A DNA stretch of 64,000 bases from Patescibacteria group bacterium (GCA_018971305.1 JAGXBC010000003.1:156325-220324), one strand, 5' to 3'. Counted from the first letter of the stretch, positions 18,893 through 28,906 are shown. Numbers and translations: made by a program. The notes: generated by a model not told the origin, from the sequence alone.

Positions 18893-19249
18893 TTAGAAAC
18901 TTGCGACAGCCGCCGCCTCGTCGTCATAGGTATCGAGAACAGAGAATAATTTAGTAATTTGCAGAAGGTCGTGGATATTTTTTCGGGCATGTATCAGCTT
19001 CAATCTGCCGCCTTTATTGATAAACATTCTCTGGGCGTTGACCAAATATCCAACTCCGGTGCTGTCTATATAATTCACGTCAGCCAAGTTGACGACAAGG
19101 TTTTTTATACCCTTCCTCAAGAGATTCTTAAATGTCTGATCGAACATCCAAGCACTATTCTCCGCAATGTTTTTCCCCATAGAAATAGTTCCTGAACAAT
19201 CCAGAATAGTTATTGAATCCATCTTACGAATATTTGTGCGGAAATCCAT
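18893..19249 (-). CDS. STAS-domain anti-sigma factor antagonist (SpoIIAA-like)
   Basis: STAS-like sequence; the conserved phosphorylatable serine was not located. ATG at 19249 (MDFRTNIR..) preferred. Confidence 0.7.
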   Translation of the reverse strand: MDFRTNIRKMDSITILDCSGTISMGKNIAENSAWMFDQTFKNLLRKGIKNLVVNLADVNYIDSTGVGYLVNAQRMFINKGGRLKLIHARKNIHDLLQITKLFSVLDTYDDEAAAVASF

Positions 19250-19368
19250 TATACCCTCCCCTCCTCTTAAAATTTCTACCAATACTGTCCAGATTATAGT
19301 GGCGTAAATACCATATGTCAATAGTATTTTATTCTGTTACAATCTTAAAAAGAGCTGCTGATTATTTA

Positions 19369-20409
19369 ATGTCCATAAAAATATTTACCAAACTTTTTTC
19401 ATGTCTGGCGATAATTGCCCTGCTCGGCAATATCGTTCCGGCGAACGTCCGGGCCGCAACGACAGCCGCACCTTTTAAATACACGCGCATTTTTTATTTT
19501 CGGGATAATGCCTTGGCCCGGCAATCTCTATATTCCTATTATAAATTCATAGATGTGCTTGCGCCGCAGTCTTATTCTTTTGACAGCACCGGGAAGCTCG
19601 TTGACGATATGAATCCAACCGTCTTGGATTTTGCCAAACAGCACAACATAAAAGTGATGCCGCTCGTAACGAACGGTAAGTTCAGCCAAGACGGATATCA
19701 TTCAATACTTGACGATAAGCCCGCGGAAGACGCGGCTATCGCTTCGCTCGTTACCGAGGCGCAAAAAGAAGGTTACTGGGGTTGGCAGATAGATTTTGAA
19801 CAGATGGATGCGTCGTATCGCGATAAGTTTTCGGCATTCGTGAAGAATGCAGCGGATGCAATGAAGCAGAACGGGCTTGTTCTCAGTGTTGCGGTCGTGG
19901 CGAAAGTTTCCGACAACCCGGCAGACTACCCGAATAATCTCTGGCAAAATTTGATCGGTGTCTACGATTATGCGTCTCTCGCTACCAGCACCGACTTCAT
20001 AAGCTTAATGTCTTACGACGATCCGAACTCCAAGGGTCCGGTAGTGCAATATTCCTGGCTGAAACAAGTTTTGGATTACGCTTTGAAATTCATTCCAAAC
20101 GACAAGTTGTCGCTAGGCATCCCTCTCTATTATTGGCAGTGGAATGATGTGACGGGAAAGCGCATCGGTATCGGCGGCCGGGACGGCATTTACTCCGCTT
20201 TCAAAAAACATTACATTACCGTCCATTACAGCGCCAAACACGAGGCGCCATATCTCACCTACTGGAGTTATTCAAAGTCGTACACCATCTGGTACGAGAA
20301 CGCCCAGAGCGTTAAAGCGAAAGTAGCTCTTATAAAAAAATATAAGCTCTACGGTTTCTCGGCTTGGGCGCTAGGACTCGAGCTTCCGAGTATTTACAAT
20401 TCTATTTAA
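19369..20409 (+). CDS. secreted glycoside hydrolase family 18-like protein
   Basis: Signal peptide; GWQIDFEQ segment resembling the GH18 DxDxE catalytic motif. Confidence 0.5.
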   Translation: MSIKIFTKLFSCLAIIALLGNIVPANVRAATTAAPFKYTRIFYFRDNALARQSLYSYYKFIDVLAPQSYSFDSTGKLVDDMNPTVLDFAKQHNIKVMPLVTNGKFSQDGYHSILDDKPAEDAAIASLVTEAQKEGYWGWQIDFEQMDASYRDKFSAFVKNAADAMKQNGLVLSVAVVAKVSDNPADYPNNLWQNLIGVYDYASLATSTDFISLMSYDDPNSKGPVVQYSWLKQVLDYALKFIPNDKLSLGIPLYYWQWNDVTGKRIGIGGRDGIYSAFKKHYITVHYSAKHEAPYLTYWSYSKSYTIWYENAQSVKAKVALIKKYKLYGFSAWALGLELPSIYNSI

Positions 20410-20522
20410 ATACATGGAAAAAGCCGTAGCCGCACTCAAATTTTACTACCTTGCCTTTGTCCAGAATATAGGCGCGGTCAACTATCTCTAAAAGCGACTT
20501 GAACGCGCCAGTTAAAAATTAA

Positions 20523-20558
20523 AACCCGACCAAGAAAAAAAATTGGCCGGGCTTTTTT
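20523..20558 (+). terminator. rho-independent terminator
   Basis: CCCGACCAA…TTGGCCGGG hairpin followed by CTTTTTTAT. Confidence 0.65.
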
Positions 20559-20616
20559 ATATTCAATTTTATAAATAGTGGTTTTATCCTCTTCCATAGT
20601 ATAGTATTAGAGACCA

Positions 20617-21579
20617 ATGCTTATTGATGATATAAAAATTAAAGTCGTGGCGGGCAAGGGCGGAAAAGGAGCCGTGGCTTTTAATAAGAATCTTAACAGC
20701 CTCGGGCCGGCTGGAGCTTCTGGCGGCAAGGGCGGGAGCATATATGGCGTGGGAACGTCGGACATAAGCGCGCTTAACCAGTTCCGCTTTAAAAAAGAGT
20801 TCCTGGCCGAGAATGGTGGAGAAGGCCGAAGCCAGTTCCGCGACGGCAAAGACGGCAAGGACTTGATACTTTTATTGCCTGTAGGGACCGTTATCCATAA
20901 TCTCACGACCAAGAGCGACGTTTCGGTTGAAAAAATCGGAGAACGTATTCTTATCGCCCTCGGCGGCATCGGCGGTAGAGGCAATTTCCATTTCCGTTCT
21001 TCAACAAATACAACGCCAAAGCAATTTCAGGGCGGCCGTCCAGGCGAAGCATTCGAACTGCGGTTAGAACTGAAGCTCATCGCCGATGTCGGTTTTGTTG
21101 GTTTTCCTAATGCCGGGAAATCCAGCATGTTAAATTGCCTTACGAACGCGAACAGTAAGGTGGCGAACTACCCCTTTACGACCCTTGAGCCTAATCTCGG
21201 AGTTTATTACGAACTTATTCTTGCCGATATTCCGGGATTGATCGAGGGCTCGTCTTCCGGCAAGGGTTTGGGAATAAAATTTTTGCGCCACGTGGAACGG
21301 ACAAAAATTCTCTTTCACTTCGTTTCTTCCGAATCGCTTGATCCGGAAAAGGATTATAAAACTATTCGCAAAGAATTAGGCGTATACAATAAAGAGCTTT
21401 TGGAGAAACCGGAATATCTTTTTCTTTCCAAGAGCGACTTGGCTGAGAAGACCGAACTCAAAGAAAAATCGGAAATATTGCGGCATCTAAACCCAAAAAT
21501 GACCGTGGTATCCATAAAAGATGCGGAGAGTATTAAAAAGGTGGAGAGGTTACTGAATAAAATTAAAGCGGAAAAATAA
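20617..21579 (+). CDS. obg: GTPase Obg (short form lacking C-terminal extension)
   Basis: N-terminal Gly-rich Obg fold (GGKGG repeats) followed by G1-G4 GTPase motifs (GFPNAGKSS, DIPG). Confidence 0.9.
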   Translation: MLIDDIKIKVVAGKGGKGAVAFNKNLNSLGPAGASGGKGGSIYGVGTSDISALNQFRFKKEFLAENGGEGRSQFRDGKDGKDLILLLPVGTVIHNLTTKSDVSVEKIGERILIALGGIGGRGNFHFRSSTNTTPKQFQGGRPGEAFELRLELKLIADVGFVGFPNAGKSSMLNCLTNANSKVANYPFTTLEPNLGVYYELILADIPGLIEGSSSGKGLGIKFLRHVERTKILFHFVSSESLDPEKDYKTIRKELGVYNKELLEKPEYLFLSKSDLAEKTELKEKSEILRHLNPKMTVVSIKDAESIKKVERLLNKIKAEK

Positions 21580-21580
21580 C

Positions 21581-23026
21581 ATGGGCGAAGTAATTCTTAG
21601 ATTCAACAAGGTTTCTTTTGAGTATGACCGCAAGCCGATTCTTCTTGAGGCGGATTTTTCCGTGCGCGAGGGTTCAAAGATAACTCTTATGGGCCAAAAC
21701 GGAGCCGGGAAAACGACCATCTTCCAATTAATAATGAACACCATAAAACCGGAGGCCGGAGCGATCAACATCTCCGAGAAAGCAACAATAGCGACCGCTA
21801 GGCAGGTAATCCCCCGCGAACAGATGACGCTCACCGTAAAAGAATTCTTTGAGACCGCCTTCAAACAGAAAATATATGATATTGAACCGCGCATCAAAAA
21901 GATTCTGGACGTTGTGCATCTCTCTGTTCCTATTACGAGGACGCTGAAAACGCTTTCCGGCGGCCAACAGGCGCGCCTACTTCTCGCCCAGGCCTTAATA
22001 CAAAACCCCGACATACTTCTATTGGACGAACCGACCAACAATCTAGACAAGCAGGGCATCGCACACTTAAAACAATTCCTCATTGACTACCCCAAAACTT
22101 GCATCGTTATTTCCCACGACGCCGAGTTCCTTAACTCTTTTACGCACGGAGTGCTCTACCTGGATGTTTTTACCCACAAAGTTGAACAGTACACCGGCGA
22201 CTATTTTGACGTGGTAAAAGAAATCCAGGCCCGTCTTGAGCGCGAAAGAATGAAAAATGTCCGGTTAGAAAAAGATATAGAACATCGCAAAGAACAAGCC
22301 GGATTTTTCGCGCAAAAAGGCGGCCACATGCGCGACGTCGCCCGCAAAATGAAAGAGAAAATAGAGGAACTTGAGGGCGATGTTGTGGAAGTGCGCCGCG
22401 AGGATAAAACCATCAGAAATTTCACTATCCCCTGCCAGGAAGATATAAGCGGAAAAATTCTGGAATTAAAATCGGTTTCAATAATGAATTTACATAAACC
22501 CGTTGTAAAAAATGTTAACGTAATCCTCAAGAAAAAAGAGCGCCTGCTTCTCGCCGGTCCGAACGGCATAGGCAAGACCACGCTCTTGGAAAAACTCGCA
22601 ACTGGCCACGCGCAGGGTGAAAATATCACTCCCGGCGTGCGTATCGGCTACTATCGGCAGGATTTTTCCATCTTGAATTTTGAGGAAACTGTTTATAGGG
22701 CTCTCGCGGACGTCGTGCGCGACGGAACAGAACAGGAACTCCGCTCTTGCGCCGCCGGATTTCTTTTGGACTCGGATATTTTAAAAACAAAGATCGGTTC
22801 GCTTTCGGAGGGTCAGAAAGGGCTCGTTGCCTTCGCGCGGCTCGTACTCTTAAAACCCGGTCTTTTGATCTTGGACGAACCGACGAACCACATAAACTTC
22901 CGTCATATTCCGGTTATCGCGAAAGCATTGGACCATTACGAAGGCGCAATGATATTAGTGAGCCACGTTCCCGACTTCGTTAAACAGATAAAAATAAATT
23001 ACACGCTGGACTTGGAGACTTTATAA
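21581..23026 (+). CDS. ABC-F family ATPase (two tandem nucleotide-binding domains, no TM domain)
   Basis: Two Walker A motifs (GQNGAGKTT, GPNGIGKTT), two signature motifs (LSGGQQ, LSEGQK) and two Walker B motifs, joined by a charged linker. Confidence 0.8.
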   Translation: MGEVILRFNKVSFEYDRKPILLEADFSVREGSKITLMGQNGAGKTTIFQLIMNTIKPEAGAINISEKATIATARQVIPREQMTLTVKEFFETAFKQKIYDIEPRIKKILDVVHLSVPITRTLKTLSGGQQARLLLAQALIQNPDILLLDEPTNNLDKQGIAHLKQFLIDYPKTCIVISHDAEFLNSFTHGVLYLDVFTHKVEQYTGDYFDVVKEIQARLERERMKNVRLEKDIEHRKEQAGFFAQKGGHMRDVARKMKEKIEELEGDVVEVRREDKTIRNFTIPCQEDISGKILELKSVSIMNLHKPVVKNVNVILKKKERLLLAGPNGIGKTTLLEKLATGHAQGENITPGVRIGYYRQDFSILNFEETVYRALADVVRDGTEQELRSCAAGFLLDSDILKTKIGSLSEGQKGLVAFARLVLLKPGLLILDEPTNHINFRHIPVIAKALDHYEGAMILVSHVPDFVKQIKINYTLDLETL

Positions 23027-23132
23027 ATATAAGATAATAGAATATTGCCGTTTAAATCCTATCTATTGCTTGCGTTATATTTTGCCATTTGTTAGATTAT
23101 TTACAGGATAAATTTAACTATTGGAGGTAATT

Positions 23133-23345
23133 ATGGCTGCTAATGGTTGGAAAACAACACGACCGCCAAAAAGGAAGGTAAGGCCAGTAAAGTTGCGCTA
23201 TCGAAATATCCAAATGGGTGTTGGGGTTTCCAGGGGAGACTTTGTTTGGAGCGACAGAGAAAATGCATTCCTTGAGGTCATTGAAGGACCGGACGGAATT
23301 GGTCTATATAAAGATGATGGCTGGGAAATCTTGGGGTGGAGGTAG
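23133..23345 (+). CDS. hypothetical small protein
   Basis: GGAGG 7 nt upstream of the ATG at 23133; 70 aa; followed by a terminator. Confidence 0.5.
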   Translation: MAANGWKTTRPPKRKVRPVKLRYRNIQMGVGVSRGDFVWSDRENAFLEVIEGPDGIGLYKDDGWEILGWR

Positions 23346-23362
23346 TAATACTGAAACATCGT

Positions 23363-23393
23363 AGCGGAGAGATAACATCAATCCGCTTTTTTA
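23363..23393 (+). terminator. rho-independent terminator
   Basis: AGCGGA…TCCGCT hairpin followed by TTTTTTAT. Confidence 0.65.
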
Positions 23394-23446
23394 TTTAACG
23401 GTAGCTTGCCCCCGTTCGCGGTCTTCGGAGTTTTGGCTTGGTAACC

Positions 23447-24703
23447 TCAATATCTCTTCCCCTGCGGCGGCCTTCGTCCATAACCTTGGCGCGGAGGCCT
23501 GTTCCCAAAACTGCTTGAACGTCTGCCTTGGCGAGGACCGCCAAAACGGGAATGAAACGGTGTCCTCTCTAACGGACCCGTTGTACGCGCCGGAGGCATA
23601 TCCGCGGGCAGTGCCGAGAGCGGGAGCGTTGCCTTGATGAGGCGCTCAATGTCGCGTATATCCCCTTTTTGGTCCGGTGTCGCGAAAGAGATCGCGTGGC
23701 CCGCGCCGCCGATACGGCCTGTGCGGCCGATGCGGTGAACGTAATCTTCCGGGCTTGTCGGCAAATCGTAATTCAAGACAAGCTCAATGCCTTTTACGTC
23801 TATGCCGCGAGCGGCAATATCTGTCGCCACAAGCACGCGATATTTGCCGTTGCGGAATCCCTCTAGTGCCTCTTTACGCTGACTCAAAGACCTGTTGGAA
23901 TGAATCTCGGCAGCAGTGTGGCCGATATCTCTGATATGAGCAGCGATACGTTTTGCACCAAATTTCATACGTGTGAAGATTAAAACCGAACCGCGATATT
24001 CTCCCAGAACTTTTTCCAAAAGACGCGGCTTGTCCTGCTTCTGTACGAAGAAAAGCTCTTGAATGACTTTCTCGGCGGTCGTGCCGGACGGAGCGATTTC
24101 CACGCGCGTAGGCAGCTTCATGTACTGCTGGGCTATCGCAACTATATTCTGAGGCATGGTTGCGGAAAATAACATAGTTTGCCGTTCGTGAGGAACGACG
24201 GCGAGAATCCGTTTTAATTGCGGAGCGAAACCCATATCGAGCATTCGGTCGGCTTCATCAAGCACAAGCACGCCTACCGATTTCAAAGAAACCGTTTTTT
24301 GCTCCAGATGGTCTATTATTCTTCCCGGTGTTCCGATTACTATTTGCGGTCCTCTGCGTAGGGCCTGTATCTGGCGTCCGATAGGTTCGCCGCCAATAAG
24401 AACTGCGGCGCGAACGCCGAGAGATGCGCCTATGTCGTGGAACACGCCGCTTATCTGCAGAGCTAGTTCTCTGGTTGGAGCTACAACAAGACCCTGCTTG
24501 CCCCTAAGTACCGCCTGAAGCATCGGTACGCAAAAAGCAATGGTTTTACCAGTACCAGTTTGCGCAATACCGATAAGATCCTTCCCTTCAATCGCTCCAG
24601 GAATAGATTTTTCCTGAATAGGCGTGGGGGTTTTGAAACCCAGCTTATCAAGAACGGCTAGAATATTCGGCGCAATGCCGAGGTTGTAAAAATCAGAGTT
24701 CAC
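23447..24703 (-). CDS. DEAD-box ATP-dependent RNA helicase with RG-rich C-terminal tail
   Basis: Q-motif, AQTGTGKT, DEAD, SAT and HRIGRTGR motifs; Arg/Gly-rich tail. Confidence 0.9.
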   Translation of the reverse strand: MNSDFYNLGIAPNILAVLDKLGFKTPTPIQEKSIPGAIEGKDLIGIAQTGTGKTIAFCVPMLQAVLRGKQGLVVAPTRELALQISGVFHDIGASLGVRAAVLIGGEPIGRQIQALRRGPQIVIGTPGRIIDHLEQKTVSLKSVGVLVLDEADRMLDMGFAPQLKRILAVVPHERQTMLFSATMPQNIVAIAQQYMKLPTRVEIAPSGTTAEKVIQELFFVQKQDKPRLLEKVLGEYRGSVLIFTRMKFGAKRIAAHIRDIGHTAAEIHSNRSLSQRKEALEGFRNGKYRVLVATDIAARGIDVKGIELVLNYDLPTSPEDYVHRIGRTGRIGGAGHAISFATPDQKGDIRDIERLIKATLPLSALPADMPPARTTGPLERTPFHSRFGGPRQGRRSSSFGNRPPRQGYGRRPPQGKRY

Positions 24704-24719
24704 TTTTTTATTAAATTAT

Positions 24720-25253
24720 TTAGGCGACAGAAGTTTGCGTTCTTAACCTATCGTAAATTACCTGAGCTAATTTTCTTGACGCCTCCCTTTTTTTCCAAAA
24801 AGAATTACTGTCGGAAACGTCGTTGCTCTGTATCCGATTCAGATCTCTAATAACCGAATAGCGCGCGTGGCCCAAGTCGGCGTTAGAGGCCCCGTTTATA
24901 TCTTCCAGTCCTTGATAGATTTGCTTCAAATAATCATACTTGATTGGAATGCCAAGTTCTTGATTTATTTTTAAGCGATAAGAGAGCAGATTGGAAAGTG
25001 ATTGGTTTAATTCGATATACTCAACGAAATCGTGGATAGCGACAAAAAGACCAAAACTGGCCGGCGTTTGCAGGACTTTCTTGAACTTTTTATCCAAATC
25101 TGATTGAGTTTTTGTGAGTGACTTCATGTAATTGCAGTCTAACATGGTTACGTTAAAATAGCCATTTTTAGCTAATAAAAATCCCGCTTCTCGTGAAAGC
25201 GGGTTGTTAGTCGGGTTTTTTAAAAAATCTGCCCTTGATAATTTTTTCTGCAA
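24720..25253 (-). CDS. hypothetical protein; probably the C-terminal part of one gene split from 25207-25530 by a frameshift in a T6/A6 run
   Basis: Removing one base from the 25242-25247 run joins the two ORFs in frame. Confidence 0.4.
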   Translation of the reverse strand: MQKKLSRADFLKNPTNNPLSREAGFLLAKNGYFNVTMLDCNYMKSLTKTQSDLDKKFKKVLQTPASFGLFVAIHDFVEYIELNQSLSNLLSYRLKINQELGIPIKYDYLKQIYQGLEDINGASNADLGHARYSVIRDLNRIQSNDVSDSNSFWKKREASRKLAQVIYDRLRTQTSVA

Positions 25254-25530
25254 TAGAGGCGGTTGGATCAGCGGACTCGCAACTCATTACTGTTTTTGCG
25301 AAACCATAAATTAATTTATTTTCCCTGTTCCCCGGACAATTGCATTTGCTATGGCTTACCATTAAGTTATTCTTCGCTTCTTCCACGAGTATTGCAACTG
25401 ATTTCTTTGTAGGCCGATTATCCGGCTTACCCCCCTTTTTTCTTACGAGGTCAATCTCTTCCGAACTTTCGAAACAGCAGCAAAAACACTGACCGGTTAC
25501 AAAAATACCAGTGCGAAATTCTCCAGCCAT
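25207..25530 (-). CDS. hypothetical Cys-rich protein (CFCCC … CNCPG … C); probably the N-terminal part of the split gene
   Basis: 107-aa ORF overlapping the downstream ORF by 47 nt in a different frame. Confidence 0.4.
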   Translation of the reverse strand: MAGEFRTGIFVTGQCFCCCFESSEEIDLVRKKGGKPDNRPTKKSVAILVEEAKNNLMVSHSKCNCPGNRENKLIYGFAKTVMSCESADPTASIAEKIIKGRFFKKPD

Positions 25531-25675
25531 AAATGTGACCCCTCCTATAACAATCTACTGTAATAAAATTACTCTTGGCGCAAGAATCGGTCAAGGAAAA
25601 ATCGAATATGATTCCTCGCATAGTGCCTTATTCCGGGTTATTTATTTTTAAGCTTCTAGGGCCTATAATGATTAA

Positions 25676-26833
25676 ATGTTTAATCTTTTAAATGCTTTGC
25701 ACATTGCGGCAGCGAGCGTCACTTCACTTCTTGCTCTCATGGGTAGTGTTTTTGTCCAAAAGAGCGCAACGGTAGTTATGCCTACGCCCCAACCGCAGCT
25801 TGCGGTTATTCAGATAGAATCCTCAACATCAACCGACAATCTATCCTTCGGACAATTGGTTTTGCCGGAGATAAAACCAGGTTTGTTGCCCAAAGTTAAT
25901 AAGCTATCTTTTGTTGCAACTGCAACTTCATCGGTTATTAAAAAAACAACAACTGTCACCCCGCCCGTTCTTACGCAAAAGTCACCAGTGCCAGTCGTCA
26001 TAACGCCACAATGGTTCCTGGATAATACCGTTACGTCTCTAAATCAAAACCTGGATAGCTCTTACCAGTTATCGCTTATAACCACTGTCGGCTCAAAAAA
26101 AATAAATTGGGATTTATATAAAACTTCTGTCGGTGGAGAGAACGGCATACCCGAATTTACGGTTGTTCATTCCTGCGATCCCTTGCCTCTGCCGCCGGAA
26201 TCTCCGGCTGACACGGAAATAAGATTTGATACAAGGTCTCCATATTCCTGCGACATCACTCTTACCGACCAGACTGGACACGTTGTAAGCAAGAGGTTTT
26301 CTTTTACAACTGGTGCGGGGAGATTAGTGGTCTCAACTGCAACTGGTATGGATATCATTCTCAGGGACGATAAAGACGACAACGGCTTCGTTTTTAAAAA
26401 CGACGACAGCAAGGCTATTGCTTTGACCGGCATTACTTTTGACGTTTCTTTCACTGCGCTTACTACTTCAACCCAAGTATCCATCCGCTTTATTGACCCT
26501 AAGAGTGGATATATTCTTGCTGAATATCCCATAAACAATTTGCCGACGAATCCCCTGCTTCCCTACACATATGCCACAATCAACGCCAATGTTGGTCTTA
26601 ATTTTAATATTGACGCCCGCACGCAAAAGATGCTTTTGGTTGAGGCCATAGGAGTTCACAAAACAACCTTTCTCGAAGCAAACCCGGATATTAAAGTAAC
26701 TCTTAAAAAAATAACCACTACAAGCGATGCCAAGCAGTTCTTCGGGAATGCGGTTATTGATTGGTTTTGTCAGGTGGATAAAACTCCCTACGATCAAAGC
26801 GCTCAGAAGCCGAGCAACGTTTGCACCCAATAA
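25676..26833 (+). CDS. hypothetical secreted protein (385 aa; signal peptide; Thr/Val-rich)
   Basis: N-terminal hydrophobic signal; TATAAT box about 12 nt upstream. Confidence 0.55.
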   Translation: MFNLLNALHIAAASVTSLLALMGSVFVQKSATVVMPTPQPQLAVIQIESSTSTDNLSFGQLVLPEIKPGLLPKVNKLSFVATATSSVIKKTTTVTPPVLTQKSPVPVVITPQWFLDNTVTSLNQNLDSSYQLSLITTVGSKKINWDLYKTSVGGENGIPEFTVVHSCDPLPLPPESPADTEIRFDTRSPYSCDITLTDQTGHVVSKRFSFTTGAGRLVVSTATGMDIILRDDKDDNGFVFKNDDSKAIALTGITFDVSFTALTTSTQVSIRFIDPKSGYILAEYPINNLPTNPLLPYTYATINANVGLNFNIDARTQKMLLVEAIGVHKTTFLEANPDIKVTLKKITTTSDAKQFFGNAVIDWFCQVDKTPYDQSAQKPSNVCTQ

Positions 26834-26838
26834 AATTT

Positions 26839-27309
26839 CTATAGAGCAGCGAGGTCGGGGCTTTCCAAGATAACTATTTTTGCACGGGTTATTCCGAATC
26901 TTAACGCCTGCGCCCTGCTCGGCATCCATATATCAACGTTATCTGTTTTTCTCCTGTTCATCCTATCCTCCACGGTAAAAATCTTATCTCCGAAAATATC
27001 GGGGATTTTTATTTCCGTTCCGAAGGGCAGAAGATTCGTGGCGATAACGCCATCATGCACCCTGCTTCCGGAAGCAGTTATGAAGGGCGTATCGTCGGTC
27101 TGATCCGGACTGGAAGAATAGGCCGTAACCCACACCTCCTTTTCCGGCAATTGCGGTAAGTTTAAGCTCGTAATTAGATCTTTAATATCCCCCCGGATCG
27201 TAGAAGTATTGTCTGTAGGCGAATAGGATATTGCAGGGGCAATGACCCTTATTTGGGCGTTATTAACCCCCGAAATCAGGGTGATAGCTAATATAAGACT
27301 TATAGGCAT
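26839..27309 (-). CDS. 3D-domain cell-wall protein (MltA/YuiC-like double-psi beta-barrel)
   Basis: Conserved Asp-containing segments (WVTAYSSSPDQTDDTP…, DRMNRRKTDNVDIWM). ATG at 27309 preferred over the GTG at 27336. Confidence 0.65.
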   Translation of the reverse strand: MPISLILAITLISGVNNAQIRVIAPAISYSPTDNTSTIRGDIKDLITSLNLPQLPEKEVWVTAYSSSPDQTDDTPFITASGSRVHDGVIATNLLPFGTEIKIPDIFGDKIFTVEDRMNRRKTDNVDIWMPSRAQALRFGITRAKIVILESPDLAAL

Positions 27310-27464
27310 GGTTTTTGCAATAAAAAAGCCCCTCACGGGGTATCATTTTTATTTGGGTATATACTATACCATCTCGATAAATTTGTCAAATGCCAAAAAC
27401 TTGAAGTTTTGGAGCCTATTTGCTAGGATAGCGACAGCTATTCATCAAGTTTTAAGGGGTAAAA

Positions 27465-27812
27465 ATGCCCAACAAGTCAGAGGTTATTCTAAGGCATGAA
27501 AAAATCTGGTCTATCGGAAAAATTTACCGATTGCTTATCGGATTCGGAATGAAAGGGATGAAATTCGAAAAAAATGATAACAACGGCAGTTTCTTCGGCA
27601 GATTCAAATACGAAGAAGGAGACGTTGAGATAGTTGTTGCCAGATCAATGAGGCGGACCGACCCCGGCATTGAAAAAGGCACCCTCGTTAGAATTTCCGG
27701 AGAGTTTTCCCAAACCAACAGACTGGCACGAAAATTCCTTGACGAACCACACCCTGTAAAATGGTTGGTTGTGGTAAGGTCCTTCACTAAAACAAATTCG
27801 CTGAGCTATTAG
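27465..27812 (+). CDS. hypothetical protein
   Basis: 115-aa ORF; no motifs recognised. Confidence 0.4.
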   Translation: MPNKSEVILRHEKIWSIGKIYRLLIGFGMKGMKFEKNDNNGSFFGRFKYEEGDVEIVVARSMRRTDPGIEKGTLVRISGEFSQTNRLARKFLDEPHPVKWLVVVRSFTKTNSLSY

Positions 27813-27844
27813 GCTCGAGCGAATTTTTATTTTTTCCGATTATA

Positions 27845-28564
27845 TTAAAAGTTCAAATATGTCTGCCATTTTTCGTACAAATCTTTAGTGGCACGCAAGT
27901 CGCCAACGTTATACTTGGCAATATCTAAAAATCTTTTCTCTTTAAAAAGGCGGCTGACGTCATCTCCTGTAACTCCGCTGGCCTTGGGGCTTTCTATGCC
28001 GAAAGCTCGGCTCCAGAGATGCAGTCCCCCTTTGCGGCGGACGGCTCCATAGAAAGTAAGCTGGTCAAAGAGGTCAATATGTAGGGCGTCAAAATTTTGT
28101 TGAGATAAATATCTGCCGCGCATCAAGTCTTTTGTGGGTCTAATGCCGTGAATTGCGGAACGGATCATCAAAAATGGCATATCGAACCCCCGGCCGTTGA
28201 AGGTTATGAATTGCTGATATTTTTGCGCCCCATCCCAGAATTTTTGGAGCATTTCTTTCTCCGGCATCGCCTTGAACGTTATTCCGTCTTCCGAGGATTC
28301 GTTTATTTTTTCTCCTGGTGCTTGGTAATAGACCACGCCCTCGTTCTTATGATAATCTAAAACGCCTATGGCCACGATTTCTCCGGTGAGCGGGGAAAAA
28401 CCCAGACCCTGCTTCAAATCATCCAGTGCCGCCTTATAATCTTCTTCATCGGCAGATTCTTTTTTAATCCAGCGGGTCAGGACCTCCTGGGTCGCTTCGT
28501 CCAGGGAGTTGAAGTCTTCGCCTACGGTTTCAATGTCTATTATGAGTTTATTGGCATTTGACAT
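27845..28564 (-). CDS. RNase H-like 3'-5' exonuclease (PolB-exonuclease-like family)
   Basis: Acidic exonuclease motifs IDIETVG, FNGRGFDMPFL and HIDLFD. Confidence 0.65.
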   Translation of the reverse strand: MSNANKLIIDIETVGEDFNSLDEATQEVLTRWIKKESADEEDYKAALDDLKQGLGFSPLTGEIVAIGVLDYHKNEGVVYYQAPGEKINESSEDGITFKAMPEKEMLQKFWDGAQKYQQFITFNGRGFDMPFLMIRSAIHGIRPTKDLMRGRYLSQQNFDALHIDLFDQLTFYGAVRRKGGLHLWSRAFGIESPKASGVTGDDVSRLFKEKRFLDIAKYNVGDLRATKDLYEKWQTYLNF

Positions 28565-28611
28565 TAGGTATATTTTAGCATAAACTTATACAAATTATTA
28601 AGTAATCAACT

Positions 28612-28884
28612 ATGGCGCATACAAAAGCAATAGGTTCAACAAAACTCGGACGCGATTCCATATCTAAGCGTCTTGGGGTTAAGATTCAAAATGGCCAGAA
28701 GGCAGGAGCCGGGCAAATTATAATCCGCCAGCGGGGAACTAAATATCTCCCGGGCGTGAACGTTATCCGCGCAGGCGACGACACGCTTTACGCAAAAACT
28801 GACGGCGTAGTTAAGTTTTTCTCCAAAACAAAAACTCGCTTTGACGGCAACAAACGCAAAGCTACGGTTGTGGCAGTACAATAA
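28612..28884 (+). CDS. rpmA: 50S ribosomal protein L27
   Basis: [11 protein letters not shown]…IIRQRGTK… matches the L27 consensus. Confidence 0.95.
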   Translation: MAHTKAIGSTKLGRDSISKRLGVKIQNGQKAGAGQIIIRQRGTKYLPGVNVIRAGDDTLYAKTDGVVKFFSKTKTRFDGNKRKATVVAVQ

Positions 28885-28906
28885 CGAATCTTCTTTAATA
28901 AAATAT

